NCBI GenBank assembly: GCA_030390025.1
Contig: CM059433.1
Span: forward strand, 26,538,001-26,602,000
Source of the DNA: Squalus acanthias
Lineage: Eukaryota
DNA: 64,000 nucleotides
Direction of reading: 5' to 3'
Shown one piece after another: positions 1 to 12,588 of this stretch (the first letter of the stretch is position 1; each line of letters starts with the position of its first letter). A model generated the notes under the pieces. The model searched no databases and had not been told where the DNA came from. It worked only from the letters and a program-made list of their open reading frames with translations. The position numbers were made by a program, and so were the translations under genes.

Positions 1-985
1 CTTATTTTTACCCAAAACTCTACTCTGCTCTAGAGCCTTGACATTTCTCTTGCTGCTTTTAAATTTACTCTTTCCTGAAGCCTCCCACCCCCCCTTCATT
101 AGTTTAAAGCCCTGTCTACTGCCCTACTTATTCGGTTCACCAGGACACTGGTCCCAGCCTGGTTTAAGTGGAGCCTGTCCCAATGGAACAGCTCCCTCTT
201 TCCCCAGTACTGGTGCCAGTGCCCCATGAACTGAAACCCTTTCCTGCCACACCACTCTTTGAGCCATGCATTTAAACCTCTAATCTGTTTGTCCCTGTGC
301 CAATTTGCACGTGGCTCAGGTAACAATCCAGAGATTATTACCTTTGAGGTTCTGCTTATTAATTTGGATCCTAGCTCCTCAAACTCCCTCAGCAGAACCT
401 CATTCCTAGTTCTACCTATGTCGTTGGTTCCTACGTGGACCACGACAACTGAATCCTCCCCCTCCCACTCCAAGTTCTTCTCCAGCCGTGAGGAGATGTC
501 TTTAACCCTGGCAGGCAACACAACCTTCGGAACTCTCGGTCGTGGCTGCAGAGAACAGTATCTATCCCCCTGACTATACTGTCCCCTACCACAACTACTA
601 TCCCTTGAACTCCCCCCACTTGAATGGCCTCCAGCACCACGGTGCCATGGTCAGCTTGCTCATCCATCCTGCAGGCTTTTCCCTCATCCACACAGGCAGC
701 AAGAGCCTCATACCTGTTGGACAAGGGCAAAGGCTGAGGCTCCTCCAGCAGTGCACCTTGGGTCCCCTTACCTGCCTGAGTTGCAGTCACACCCTCCTGT
801 CCCTGACCACTAACCAGACCTGTACCACTACCTAACCTAAGGGGTGTGACTGCCTCCTGGATCAAAACTCTCTCCATCTCTGATGCCCCGCAGTATCTGC
901 ACCTCAGACTCCAGCTCAAAAACTCTGAGCTGAAATTCCTCAAGATGCAGGCACTTACTGCAAACGTGGTTGTCCGGGATCACAA
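1..985 (-). mobile_element. CR1-clade LINE 5' region, ORF1 with SGNH/GDSL esterase domain (frameshifted)
   Basis: ORFs 431..943 and 99..521 join at a frameshift and give the esterase blocks VVVGDSIVRG, CCLPG, VVVHVGTND, ISGLLP and DRLHLN typical of vertebrate CR1 ORF1. The element runs off the window edge. Confidence 0.85.
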
Positions 986-1637
986 TGTTCTCCACAAACT
1001 CCCACATGCTGCAGTTGCAGCATGTTGTCTGATTGTCCGTCTGCCGTCAAGTCAGAGATGAGCCAGAAGTTTCTTCAACTCACCATCAGCAAGACAAAAG
1101 TGACCCTCTCTAGTTCAACTCATAAACTTCATGTCTCAGGCAACAATTCAATCCCCCTGCTTAGCTGCTTAATCGGAATGAACTCAACAGTACATGTAGT
1201 CAGTGTCTTATTCGTTCCTGAGTTGAACTTCAATCTCCACATCCAGTCTGTCACCAAGTTTGCCTAATTCCACCTTGATAACATTTCTGCCCCTGTCCCT
1301 ACATGAACGATTGTCACTGAAACCCCCATCCATGCCTTTTCACCTCAAGGCTTGAGTTGTCCTTGCTAACCTCCTGAGCTCCACCCTCCATTAACTCTGA
1401 CTCACCTAGAACTCCGTGACTTGTATTCTATCCTGTACTGTGTCACATATACGCATCACCCCTGTCCTCACCAAATTAATTTGGCTCGCTGTCTCCCAGA
1501 GAACGTTGACTTTAAAACCTTTGACCTTATTTCCAAATCCTTCCATGACCTCACTCCATTCTAACTCTGCAATCTTCTACAACCCTACGTCTCAGCTTGC
1601 ATCCTCTACTGTTCAGTTTGGATCTTTTACTCATCCT

Positions 1638-2272
1638 TGTTAGGGAATGGATGTTCTTACTTATAAGTTATTCCACAAGATAATAGGTTTCAAAGGCATT
1701 TATTGGTTTTCATAGGAATTAAGCACATAATAACTATTATTATTAATAATTACACATATACATAGGGTCACTTTTAAGATACAAGACCGGAGAATACACC
1801 GCATCCCAGCTTTCGAGCTCGAGGGGAATGGCTGGACATGCCTTGTCGAATTCTGAATTATCTATTCTAACACCCTTTTTATACCTTTCTTTCACTCTGG
1901 CTACTTGAGAATCCGCATGTTTCAAGTATTACCTCATCCAATTAGCTGGACCTTAGTTTTAACAAGAATAAGTCCCTAAGCCTTCACCTTGACTGAATTG
2001 TCAATCAAATCATTCAACTGGAGACAGTTACAGGGACCCGAGACTCTCCTACAGGTGAGTTATCACCTGCCTTGCGCAGTTGTGTCCTTGGAGGATTTAA
2101 TCCCTAGATGGACAGCTGGGTTATCTATGAGGCTCAGACAAAGAAACCTTGTAGCTGAATGCTTAGTAGCTAAAATCTCTGTCTGGAAACTTTTAGTTTC
2201 ACTGACATTTCCAGCCTTCTAACAGAAACTCACTTAAAAACTAAAGTTAATATAACTAACCGTTTCCTTACA
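1638..2272 (-). mobile_element. Solo LTR (635 bp)
   Basis: TG...CA ends with an imperfect terminal inverted repeat (TGTTAGGGAATGG / TGTAAGGAAACGG). Flanks ATCCT/ATCTT are a 5-bp TSD with one mismatch. AATAAA on the minus strand near 1700. L2 sequence resumes on both sides. Confidence 0.7.
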
Positions 2273-2456
2273 ATCTTCACCTCTCTCCATTTCACCATTG
2301 GCTACAGAGCCTATAGTTGCCGTGCTCTTGCACTCTGGAGTTCTTTTTCCAAATGTTTTCACTTCACTGCTTCTCCCCACCTTCATGAGGTTTCTCTCTT
2401 ATTTCCTACATGGTGTTGACTGCTCCCTCAGTAAAGGAACTTGGGATATTCTGTTA

Positions 2457-2708
2457 CAGTAAATTCTTTCGTATCCGGCACCGACGGGACCGGGATAGTG
2501 CCGGTTGATTAAAAATTCCGGAAAAAAGAGAGGTAGGCAACTTTTAACACAAAAAAAATAAAAACCAGTGACTAACTCGGCCACCGCGGGAAACTCTTGA
2601 CTCGGAAAAACGAAAAATGGATGGATTCGGCAAGATTACTGGCTATCTATTTTGCCGGTTATTAAAGAATTCCGGTTGATTAGGTGCCGTTTAAACGAGA
2701 GTTTACTG
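2457..2708. mobile_element. Tc1/mariner (pogo/Tigger-like) MITE, 252 bp
   Basis: TIRs CAGTAAATTCTTTCGTATCCGGCACC and CAGTAAACTCTCGTTTAAACGGCACC (reverse complement). TA on the left flank, GA on the right (mutated TA TSD). CpG-rich relative to its surroundings. Confidence 0.75.
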
Positions 2709-4227
2709 GACATGGAAGACACCTTGTAAATATGTTATTATTTTGTTCACCTGCTTTGTGCTGTTTGCTAGGACACAGCAGGCTGAAGCATTAGAACAAG
2801 GATCTTTTGTTGAAGACTGTCCCATGCTTAATCTGGCACACCAGTAGCTTGGCCATCTGTCATCTCAAGGGAAGTGTGGCTGGCATCAGTTCTGAGCTGG
2901 AAGAGAGTGTTGGGTTTAAGGAGGCATTTAAATCCTTCGTAATTTCCTCCCAAACTTCTTGCACAGGTCAACTGTGCTGGTTTCTATCCATTTGCCCGTG
3001 TCAACCAGGATTACATCCTGATTTGCAGCCACAGCGATCAGGATTATATCCCGGGTGTTCCTCATGCCAATCTGCATGGTAACCCATCTCTAAGTCCATC
3101 ATATTGGTATGTATAGCTTCATTGGTTATGCCAGTCTGCATAGTGCCCTGCAGCTCTAGAATTGCAACCTGCAGCCATAACACATCTGTAGTGAAGCAGC
3201 TCTTGTGCCATTGTGCCCAGTTCTTTCAACTGAAATGCCGGCATTGTCCTTTGGAAACTGCCAGGACTGTGTGAGAAAACATGTGGAAGCAGAGATGCTG
3301 TGATCTCTAATACTCCTCATATGGCAATGGATTTTTTTCAAGAGGTCCAGCTGTTTCCTCCGAGGCGGTTTCTGTGATTCTTACAACTGACAGTCTGACT
3401 CCAGATGTCCCAGGTACAGCTGTTTGGAAAGGAAAAAGAATGACTTTTGAGCAATAGTATGAACAAATGTTCTTCTTAATATTAAATTGATTAAACACAG
3501 TTGTGGCATGCATGTAGGATTTTGAAGGTGGTTACCATGATCAGATTTATCATTGATTCATTGACAAAATGCCTCGAACAATAATCTAAAACAAAACGTT
3601 GTCCTATTATTTCATTGTTGAATAAAAGAAAACGACTAAAGTTACATATTCATCACAATAATTACATTTTATTTCAAAATTCTTCTACAGAATTGCCTTC
3701 CATACTTTGACAAATTACATCTGTTGCCAACATTGGAGGTATGCATTGCTTGCTATGTGCTGGCAGAATGAAAGTTGTTGTTTAACTCCATTAATCAAAG
3801 CATAATGCCCTTGTTATGCCTGACCTGTTGGAGCAAATGAGGTACATTCAATGATGTTGCTTCTACCACACTGACCAGGTTGCACTGCCATTATGTGGGT
3901 TGTCCAACTTATTCTGAAACATTAAATGCCATGTACACCCTATCGCCCCCAAAATCCACAGCGTTTCTGTCATACTCTAGCTGTAACTTCAACAAAGTCA
4001 GCCGGAAACTAGACTGTGACCTGTGTATCCAGGTAGGAGGGGTTGGGCCGGGAGCAGGGTCTCCCTACATTGGGAATTCCCACTTTCTCAGCTCTGAGTG
4101 GGACCTAGCATAGGCCAGGATTGTGTCCTGGACCCCCAAAAGGGAGGAATAATTTTATACAAGCAGCCCCCTTACAAAGGAGATGAGACACTGCAGGCTT
4201 ACATTATGTAATTTTAGTGAAGACATA

Positions 4228-4980
4228 GGGCCATATTTTGCGACCCCTACAGGTGCGTACGAGGTGTGTACGCGCCCGTATGGGCCGCGCAAGTTCCGGG
4301 TTTAGGCATGCGAAGCGCATGCACGAAAACCCGGCACTTGTGATCTGTCAAGAATCCTCTTGACAGATCCTCCACATCCCCAGGAGATATGCCTCTGCGG
4401 GTGGAGTGTTCTGCTCCGCCCGCTGAATACCTGTCAAATTCTTACGCATGGTAAAAGCAGGCATAAGGCTGGCTTTTACCAGCATAAGAGATTTAAAAAA
4501 TTTAAAAATAAAATGGTATCACTCATTTATAAATTAAAAATACTCTTTAATAAGGTAAGTTTATTTTTAGCCCCGTAAAAACATATCATTTATTTTTCAA
4601 AAAATTACATTTTTGTTTAAAATATTTAATTAAATGGCATTTTAATTAATTTTAAATATGTAATTTAAATTTTTTTTATTTCATGTGTTGGTGTATTTTT
4701 TAAGTGATCCCCATTCATACATATTGGAGTTCCGTACATACGGAACTCCAATAAGTATGAATGGGGATTCCCTTCTTTTATTGGTTGGGCCGGCCCACAT
4801 GATCCCAGGGGTGCCTACGAACCGCCTGCGCCCCTGGGATATGGGGACCTCTGCCCCGGGTATCCGGAGAGGCCCAGGATCACAAGCCTCCGTATCTCCC
4901 AGGCCACCAGGTACATTTTAGAACTTTTGCAGGTCGGAGGCATCCGCCCACAGGAAGCGTCCGATCACAAATGTTGGCCC
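4228..4980. mobile_element. Harbinger MITE, family A
   Basis: Ends GGGCCATATTTTGCGA ... TCACAAATGTTGGCCC with a perfect 3-bp TSD ATA. Colinear with 17068-17785. Several internal palindromes. Confidence 0.85.
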
Positions 4981-5269
4981 ATAACATTGCGTTATAGCTA
5001 TGGCTTAAGCAGACAGGGTTCCATCACCTCATCATCAGAGCAGTGTGCCCTTATGTAACCAGTCCTCCTGTATGACACAGCGATAGATTGTACACTGTGA
5101 CTCTGTCAAATCTGTGTCTCGTCTAGCATACTCCTGCCATAACTTTGGCAGGAACCCGCCAGAAGGGCCGACAACTACGGCGTAACAGGCCCCAACCTTA
5201 CACTGGGGATTCTGGATGGCCATCGGTGTAGGAGGGGTGGAGCAGAATGTGGGGGTTCCTACGACAGGA

Positions 5270-7140
5270 GTTTCTTAAACGTATCCAGAGATCTCATCTC
5301 CATTACTCTTTCTGAAAGTCCATTCTAAGTGTTGATCAAGTAGAACTTCCTGATATCAGTCCTAAAGTTACCTTTCACTAGTATGAATTTATATCCCCTT
5401 GTCCCACTCCTACAATTTACTTTAAAATACCATTCTGGATTTTCTTTTTCCACACTATTTACTGTCTTGTATCCCTCTGTTAAATCACCTCTCAGACATC
5501 TCTTCCGAGACTGAAAAGCCCAGTCTCTCTTAGTCTTTCCTCATATCTCACACCCTTGACACCAAGGGGGAGAAATTCAGTATCGCCCCGTTTGGGGCGC
5601 AATTATCGGCCGGGCGCAAAGATTAGCGCCTGGCGCTAATTATCGCCACCGACTGCAAACTTGACTTTTATCGCCCCTGGAGGTGATTGGAGCGCTAAAT
5701 CAGGCGCTTCACACCTGTCTTAAGGCGCAAAGGCCGAGGAGTGAGGCGCTACCTCAGAGCGCTTGCGAAGCTCATGTAATGTCAGTCAGCAATGGAACAC
5801 ACACACAATGGCACGGGCCAGTTCTTAAAGGGGATGGTTAATCTTGCTTTCCATCCACATCCTGCACATTGCAGCCTTGAATCTCGGCCTGGAGAGACCT
5901 GCACATCAAATCTGCTGGAAAGAACAATGGAGAGTACCAGGCAAAGAGCTCAGAGTGCAGCCCCCACAGTCTCTTCTAAATCGATACAAGGAATGGCAAA
6001 TCAAAATGAACCTGCAAAGTGCTGCTCAGTACCCAAAACTCCTTCACACAACGTTGAATCTCTCCAGAAGTCTCTCTCTCAGAATGCGTAGTTCAAAAAT
6101 GGCACCAACAATAAATTTAAATAGCGCTCCCCCTTTCCCTTCATGACTGCAGAACGCTCCCCTCAACCTGTCGTTGCTTGCGTCAGGCGGTAAGGCAGGG
6201 GGCGCCACTCAATATCCGCTCCGGGGTGATACCGGGGCGTTGCGCACTCGACTGATGTCACGATCTGCCGGCGCAGGAGATCGTGGCGGTAGTGTTTAGC
6301 GCCGCCGCAAAATGTCTAGTTAATTTCGCAAGCAGCGCAAACTTCGCTGCGCCTGGGCGTAGATGCTTTGCGCCCCATTAGCGCCCTCTTAAGGCGCTAA
6401 CGGGAGGCGCAACCAACTGAATTTTTCCCCCTTGAGGATCCATCTTGTGGCTCTTCTCTGCACCACTTTAAACGTTTGAATGTCTCCCTGTGTCTCGTAG
6501 CCAGAACTGTGTGCAGTGTGCAAGGTGTGGTCTGGCCAGATCTTTGTAGAGTTTCATCATGATATCCTCTGACTAATATTGAACTGTTTTGACTATGTAG
6601 TTCAACATTCTATTGCCTGCGGCACACATTGCTGCCCGGGATGCCCAGGCTACATAATGGCACGATTTAGTTAGGTTGCACTAGTGCACCTATCTGGCAC
6701 CCAGATGCTGAACCCAACCACAAAGCAATCTTACAATGACCAAATCATTCCTTTCACAGACACAGACACCCATTGGGTGGATATGTTAAGTCTCCTAGGT
6801 CTCTTTTGACTTCATCCTTAACTATTTCAACATTGTTGTATGTGTGCTGCTCATTTTTCCATTCTGCGTGAAGTACTTTGCAATTGTTTACCTTGAATTC
6901 CATCTGCCACTTGATCTGCCTGCATATTTATTTTGCCTAATTTACTCAAATATTTAAGCTGTTTCCTTCGATTCCACTGCCCCTCCCAGTTCAGTATCGT
7001 AGAAAATTTGACTACTTTGAATTGAGATGCTGAATCAAAATCAGCAAACTAGTTTTATGTAAGTAGTGGCCCCAACACCGAGCCCTGGGGACTGCACTCA
7101 GTACTTCCGCCCACCCTGACCTAACCTCCAACAAGCACAT
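5270..7140 (-). mobile_element. Old CR1 LINE ORF2 3' fragments (interrupted by 5566-6431)
   Basis: Decayed homology to the CR1 RT/C-terminal sequence seen at 47400-48376. Confidence 0.55.
5566..6431. mobile_element. Non-autonomous Harbinger derivative
   Basis: TIRs GGGGGAGAAATTCAGT / ACTGAATTTTTCCCCC and many subterminal TTAGCGCC/GGCGCTAA motifs shared with other Harbinger ends here. No clean TSD. Confidence 0.75.
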
Positions 7141-7149
7141 TAATGCAGT

Positions 7150-7620
7150 AGTACCCCATTCTATTTGTGTAAGAGCACTCCTCTCCGTGGGAGCATGCAG
7201 GCCCATATGGATCTCCTCAATCATGCTCTGCACTCTGAAAAAGTTAGAGAGTCGTATAAGTTTGTTGCTTGCTAGTATCTAAGGAGAAGATGATCTGTTG
7301 ATCTGCCCTGGAAAACAAGGAACCAGTGACCTGGAGGATACACTGATTTGCAGCTGACTGACTTAAACAAGCAATGTCCATGGTGGCCCCCTGAAAACCT
7401 CCAATGTAGTACAAATCGAATGCCATGGTGATCTTCACTGGCACAGAGGAGGCTCAGAGCCAGGTTTCAGCACAGGAACCCAACTATCTAATGAAATCCC
7501 TACTGAACCAGAGTTTCCATTTCTCGTTAAGGTCCAGGAATGTCTATCAGGGTCTATAAACTTGCTCAGTTGGATGTCTCCAACTTCTCCTCCTCTGGTG
7601 CCTGTTGTTCATCCAAAAAA
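7150..7620 (-). pseudogene. Ancient HARBI1-like Harbinger transposase relic
   Basis: ORF 7244..7444 (VKITMAFDLYYIGGFQGATMDIACLSQSAANQCILQVTGSLF) aligns by eye to [41 protein letters not shown] of the transposase at 46459. The downstream VQSMIEEIHMGLHAP corresponds to [15 protein letters not shown]. Confidence 0.7.
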
Positions 7621-7698
7621 TGTTCCTGTTTATTCACTGCCAGAAGGCATATATAAAGAGTGATTCCAAACAGGACCTGCATCATATACAGACACTAT

Positions 7699-9223
7699 GG
7701 GCTAGGATTCATTATAGCCCAGGAGTGGGCGGTCTCATTAGAAAAGTTTGAGAATTAGCGCCAGGCGCTAATGCTTTAGACTGCACACAAAATTAATTCT
7801 CACTGCTCAAAGAAATGATTGGGGCACTAAATCAAGACTTAAAGGCCTAGCTCAGTGGCGTTACACTGAACCGGTGGACCAATATCAGATGCAGTCTAAT
7901 CGCAACTCATCAGTGCCACAGGCTTTTCCCAGTACCTAAAGGGGAGGTTCATTGATACTGCAGCATCTCATTCTCAGCTGTGCAGCTGCCTCAGCAAGGA
8001 GAAGCACAAGGAGAAGGAGAAGGAGCCGGAGGACTGAAGCAGGTGTGCTCATGGCAGATCCACCTCAGTCGGGTGGTCAGGATGATAGAATGCTTCAACA
8101 AATGCTACATACCACCATCTGTATCACAAGCTTCACACACTGCCCAAAGCACCACACCCCCAGCACTCACACACCAACAATCTCTACCTACCAATACTCA
8201 CACCCACATCTCACACCTTGCACACAATGACAGCTATTCAACTATGGCAGGCACAAGGGTCATTCATTATTAGAATGAATGTGATATGTGTGATATGTTT
8301 ATGCATAAATTTATTAATGGAGTTTGCAATTTTTTTTGTGGTCTCTCTCATTTCACCTTTGCACTCAGGAGGACGCTGTGACATGGCTTGACACAAGGAT
8401 GATATGATGGACATGTGGTGTCCAAAAGGGATCTGGGGTTTAAGTCATCCTGGTGCGAGGCTGGAGGTCTGTTTGGAGGAGGTGGCAGAGTTCTGTGACC
8501 ACCACCTTGGTGATGCGGAGCCGTCTAATACACTGCTCCTCGCTTAATTGAAGGTAGGAGAAGTGCTCTCGGAACACCCTCGGAGGGTAAGGCCTCCTGG
8601 TGAGAGCCCTGATGTCTCTCCTCATCCCTCTGCACACATGTTCCTGTATTTCTGGCTGCCTACCCTCCCTCCGCCATAGATCCTGGAGGGCAAGGTGGCG
8701 CCAGTACAGCCCCCATTAATGTTGCCAAGTGTAGCAGTTTGAATCATTGAATAATAAATGTAGCCATTTTGCACTTGCCAGAAGACTGCTGATAAAAAAG
8801 AATCTTGAAATTACTCATGAAAACTCATCCACTAGCTGAAACTGACAAGAGACCACAGAAACTAACCTGCCCTGACAGCTGTGAGTGATTAATGCTGATG
8901 TCTTTAAATAACGTCGCTGGAGCCTGCTTCCTGCAGCTGTGCGCCTCCTTTCCCTGTCGCTGTCTGGTCGAGGCGCAAAGGTAAGTGTCCATAATGAATT
9001 TGGCAGATCGGGCACCCAGTGAGCATTGCACACTCACTGAGGTCACGATCTGCCTGGCGTTGAAGTCCCCGACGGTACCTCGTACTGGTGGTGCAACGGG
9101 GGGGGGGGAGCGGATTTGCCGTGCGCCGCTGGATTCGCCTCGCCCAGGCGCTATTGCATCAGCACCCTGTTAGTGCAAGCTGCAGGCGCTAACGGGAGGC
9201 GCTAACCAACTGAATTTTCCCCC
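7699..9223 (+). mobile_element. Internally deleted Harbinger, copy 1 (Myb remnant on +, transposase N-terminal remnant on -)
   Basis: Ends GGGCTAGGATTC ... GAATTTTCCCCC with flanks TAT/AAT. Left half is colinear with 12589-13362. Minus ORF 8440..8637 (RRPYPPRVFREHFSYLQLSEEQCIRRLR) is a Harbinger transposase N-terminus. Confidence 0.9.
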
Positions 9224-9337
9224 AATCCCTTTAATACTTAAAATTTAAAAAAGACAATGAAGTATTCTTAGAAACTGTAAAGTTTGTCCATCTCAATATT
9301 TTTGCTATGTCGGGCCTCGCAGCACTCAAAACACTCT

Positions 9338-10851
9338 GAGGGAAAATTCAGTAGGTTAGCACCTCCCATTAGTGCCTGCAGAGGGCAGTAACGGGGCACT
9401 AATGCAGTAGCGCCGAGGCGAATCCAGCGCCACACAGCAAATCCAGGCCCCCTCCCCCTCCCCGTTGCACCACCAGTACGAGGTAGCGCCAGGGACTTCA
9501 ACGCCAGGCAGATCGCAATGCTCACTGGACGCCCGATCTGGAAAATTCATTGTCACCACTTACCTTTGTGCCTCTAACAGACAGTGACAGGGAGAGCAGG
9601 CGCACAACTGCAGGAAGCCGGCTCCAGCGATGTTATTTAAAGGCATCCGCATTAATCACTCCCAGCTGTCAGGGCAGGTTAGTTTCAGTGGTTTCTTGTC
9701 AGCTTCACCCAGTGGATCAGTTTGTATCAATAATTTCAAGCTTATTTTTTATCAGCAGTCTTCTGGTAAATGCAAAGTGACTATATTTATTGCCCAAAGA
9801 TTCAAACTGCTACACTTGGTAACATTAATGGGGGCTGTACTGGCATGCCACCTTTCCCTCCAGGATCTACGGTGGAGGGAGTGTAGGCAGCCAGAAATAC
9901 GGGAACATGTGCGCAGAGGGATGAGGAGGGACATCAGGGCTCTCACCAGGAGGCCTTACCCTCCGAGGGTATTCTGACAGCACCTCTCCTACCTTCAATT
10001 AAGCAAGGAGCAGTGTATTCGATGGCTCTGCATCACCAAGGTGGTAGTCACAGAACTCTGCCATCTCCTCCAAACAGACCTCCAGCCTCACAGCAGGATG
10101 ACTTAAACCCCAGATCCCTTTTGCTCACCACATGCCCATCACACCATCCCTGTGTCATGCCATATCACAGCATCTTCCTGGGCACAAAGGTGACAGGAGA
10201 GAGACTGCAAAATATTGCAAACTCCATTAATAAATTTATGCATAAGCATATCACACAGATCACATTCATTCTAATATCTAATGACCCTTGTGCCTGCATT
10301 GTTGAATAGCTGTCATTGTGTGCAAGGCGTGAGATGTGGGTGTGAATGTTGGTAGGTAAAGATTGTTGGTGTGTGAGCACTGGGGGTCTGGTGCTTTGGG
10401 CAGTGTGTGAAGCTTGTGGTACAGATGGTGGTATGTAGCATTTGTTGAAGCATTCAATCACCCTGACCACCTGAGTGAGGTGGATCTGCCATGAGCACAC
10501 CTGCTTCAGTCCTCCGGCTCCTTCTCCTTGTTGTGCTTCTCCTTGCTGAGGCAGCTGCACAGCCAGCAATGCTGAGAACGAGGTGCTGCAGTATCAATGA
10601 ACCTCCCCTTTAAGTACTGGGAAAAGCCGGTGGCAATGATGAGTTGCGATTAGACTGCACCTGATATTGGTCCACCCGTTCAGTGTAACACCAATAAGCT
10701 AGGCCTTTAAGACTTGATTTAGCACCCAAATCATTTCTTTGAGCAGTGAGAATGAATTTTGTGTGCAGTCTAAAGTATTAGCGCCTGGCGCTAATTCTCA
10801 AACTTTTCTAATGATACTGCCCATTCCTGGGCTATATTGAATTTCTAGCCC
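9338..10851 (-). mobile_element. Internally deleted Harbinger, copy 2 (inverted relative to copy 1)
   Basis: Reverse complement of 7699-9223 over its whole length with the same deletion junctions. It has its own perfect TSD TCT/TCT. Confidence 0.9.
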
Positions 10852-11317
10852 TCTGGCCCTTAATTTCCACTCTATTTACACCATTTCTCCAGGAGTTCTA
10901 CTGATCTCCTGCTGAAGTTACAGCAGGGGATCAGGAGAACCTCAGCAGCAATGCAGGAGCTTTTTTTTTTGGGAACACCTCATTTCATGTGGGCAGCTCA
11001 CAGTCACAAAACCAGGAAATCGGTTTGCCGGCCTTCATGATGTCACAAACGTGACATAACCCTTTAATTTATATTCCAGCAACTGCTTCTGACACAGCAA
11101 TGTGGCTTTCTGAAAATAATTTTGCAGGGGGTCCAGGGGCAGCTCTATAGGAGTGGAGACTGAGTGCCGTGAGTCCATGTTATCGGTGCACTTTGTTTCC
11201 CGTTAAGGGATTTCTGGGATGCTATATCCAGGAAATTTTCTATCCCGTAAGTCATCCACTGATGCCAAGGGTCAGTAGCTCCAGTGCACTTGATAATATA
11301 ATCCAATGGCACACATT

Positions 11318-12062
11318 GGGCCAGATCGTGCAGGAAAAATAAAGGCGTGTTAACCACGCGTGCCGTTATTAATGTGCAAATCGGCCAGCAAGTTCAGAGG
11401 ATTAAGAGATACCCAGCAAATCTCCAGAACTGGCTGGTCGATTTATGTCGCTCTGCCGTTTGCTTTGCACAAATGGCATCTCGCCCTTAGCTTCCCCGTT
11501 ATTTTTAAGAACTTGCTGGATTTGCTCATTAATTGCCCATTAAACTCACCGCAGAAAGTTAGAGCTGGAACTTAACACCGTAAGTACCTTTTTAACAATG
11601 TGGTAATTGTTAATGCAATGCCATTCAACCTCTCTGGCACCGGAAATTGAACAATTTAAACTGTTGCATCCCATTCCTTCAGGTGGTAAATTGTTCTCAG
11701 GGATTTCAAAAATGTCAAGTTTAAATTTTTACCTTACTTTTCCTGCTGTCTCTTTTTTAATCTCTCTTGCAATCCAATCTTTCTTTCCCTCTCTTTATTT
11801 TTCTTTCTGTACCTGATTTGACTCTAATTCACCCTCCTTCTCAGTCATTCCTCTGTTTATTTCTTGATCTTTAAATCTCATTGGTTAAGGATACACTGTT
11901 GGCCGCGCCATTTACTAAGGTTCTAGATGTCCTGTTGCCCCGTTATCAGCTCTCACTTCCAGCTAGTTACGGTGCAAAAAAATTTTTGAGTGGAAGGGTG
12001 CAGAAAAATGTCTAACTAACAGGGCAAGCTGCAAGATGCCCCACTCCAGCAAGATGCAGCCC
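11318..12062. mobile_element. Harbinger-type MITE
   Basis: Ends GGGCCAGATCGTGC ... GCAAGATGCAGCCC with 3-bp TSD ATT/ATT. Confidence 0.7.
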
Positions 12063-12588
12063 ATTGGATTCAGCAGTATTGTGTAAACTGCAGGTGTCTC
12101 ACTGAAGCTGAGACGATTAGAGTTGTTTTGAAATTGGCACCTGCTTTCGTTTAAGTTTTCTTCCTCGACAGGACTGTAAGGACTCCTGGTAGAACTGTTG
12201 GAAGCTGATTTAATATATGGCTTCCTCTATAATACATGACAATGTTCATGTGACATCAATACTGTCAGATGAATCTAATTGAGAGGTCTTTGGTAGGCTG
12301 AAATCATATTTCAAATGCTTGATATGATGAAGAAGTGAACTGTAATATCTGCTACATGATGTATGCAAACCAATTCTGATGTGCTGACTATTTTATAATT
12401 TGGGAATACAGATGCTTGATATTATTGACCCTGCAGTGGTCAGGGAAGTATGTGTCAATTCCCTACAGGGAACAGATAAAATATGTTGAAACCTCTAAGA
12501 AAATCAACATAGGGTATGTTTAAACCCTAAAGAAAGAGCTGTTGAAAATAGTATTAAAACCCTTACAAAAACATTTGTGCAAGATAAA

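Larger units (their letters stand above)
1200..2770 (+). mobile_element. Old, decayed L2 LINE 3' portion, interrupted by a solo LTR and a pogo/Tigger-like MITE
   Basis: Degenerate IHAF..SRLE and ITPVL..L.WL motifs homologous to the younger L2 copies at 16806-17060 and 61021-61420. Confidence 0.6.

Noticed and set aside
2770..3419. Strong minus-strand acceptor (TTCTTTTTCCTTTCCAAACAG at 3420) followed by AVPGTSG...
   Set aside because: The frame closes after ~37 codons and downstream frames are broken. It looks like a decayed Harbinger Myb last exon, not a supportable host exon.
3968..5266. Possible solo LTR (TGTCATA...TACGACA) around MITE A
   Set aside because: No TSD and only a 7-bp imperfect inverted repeat.
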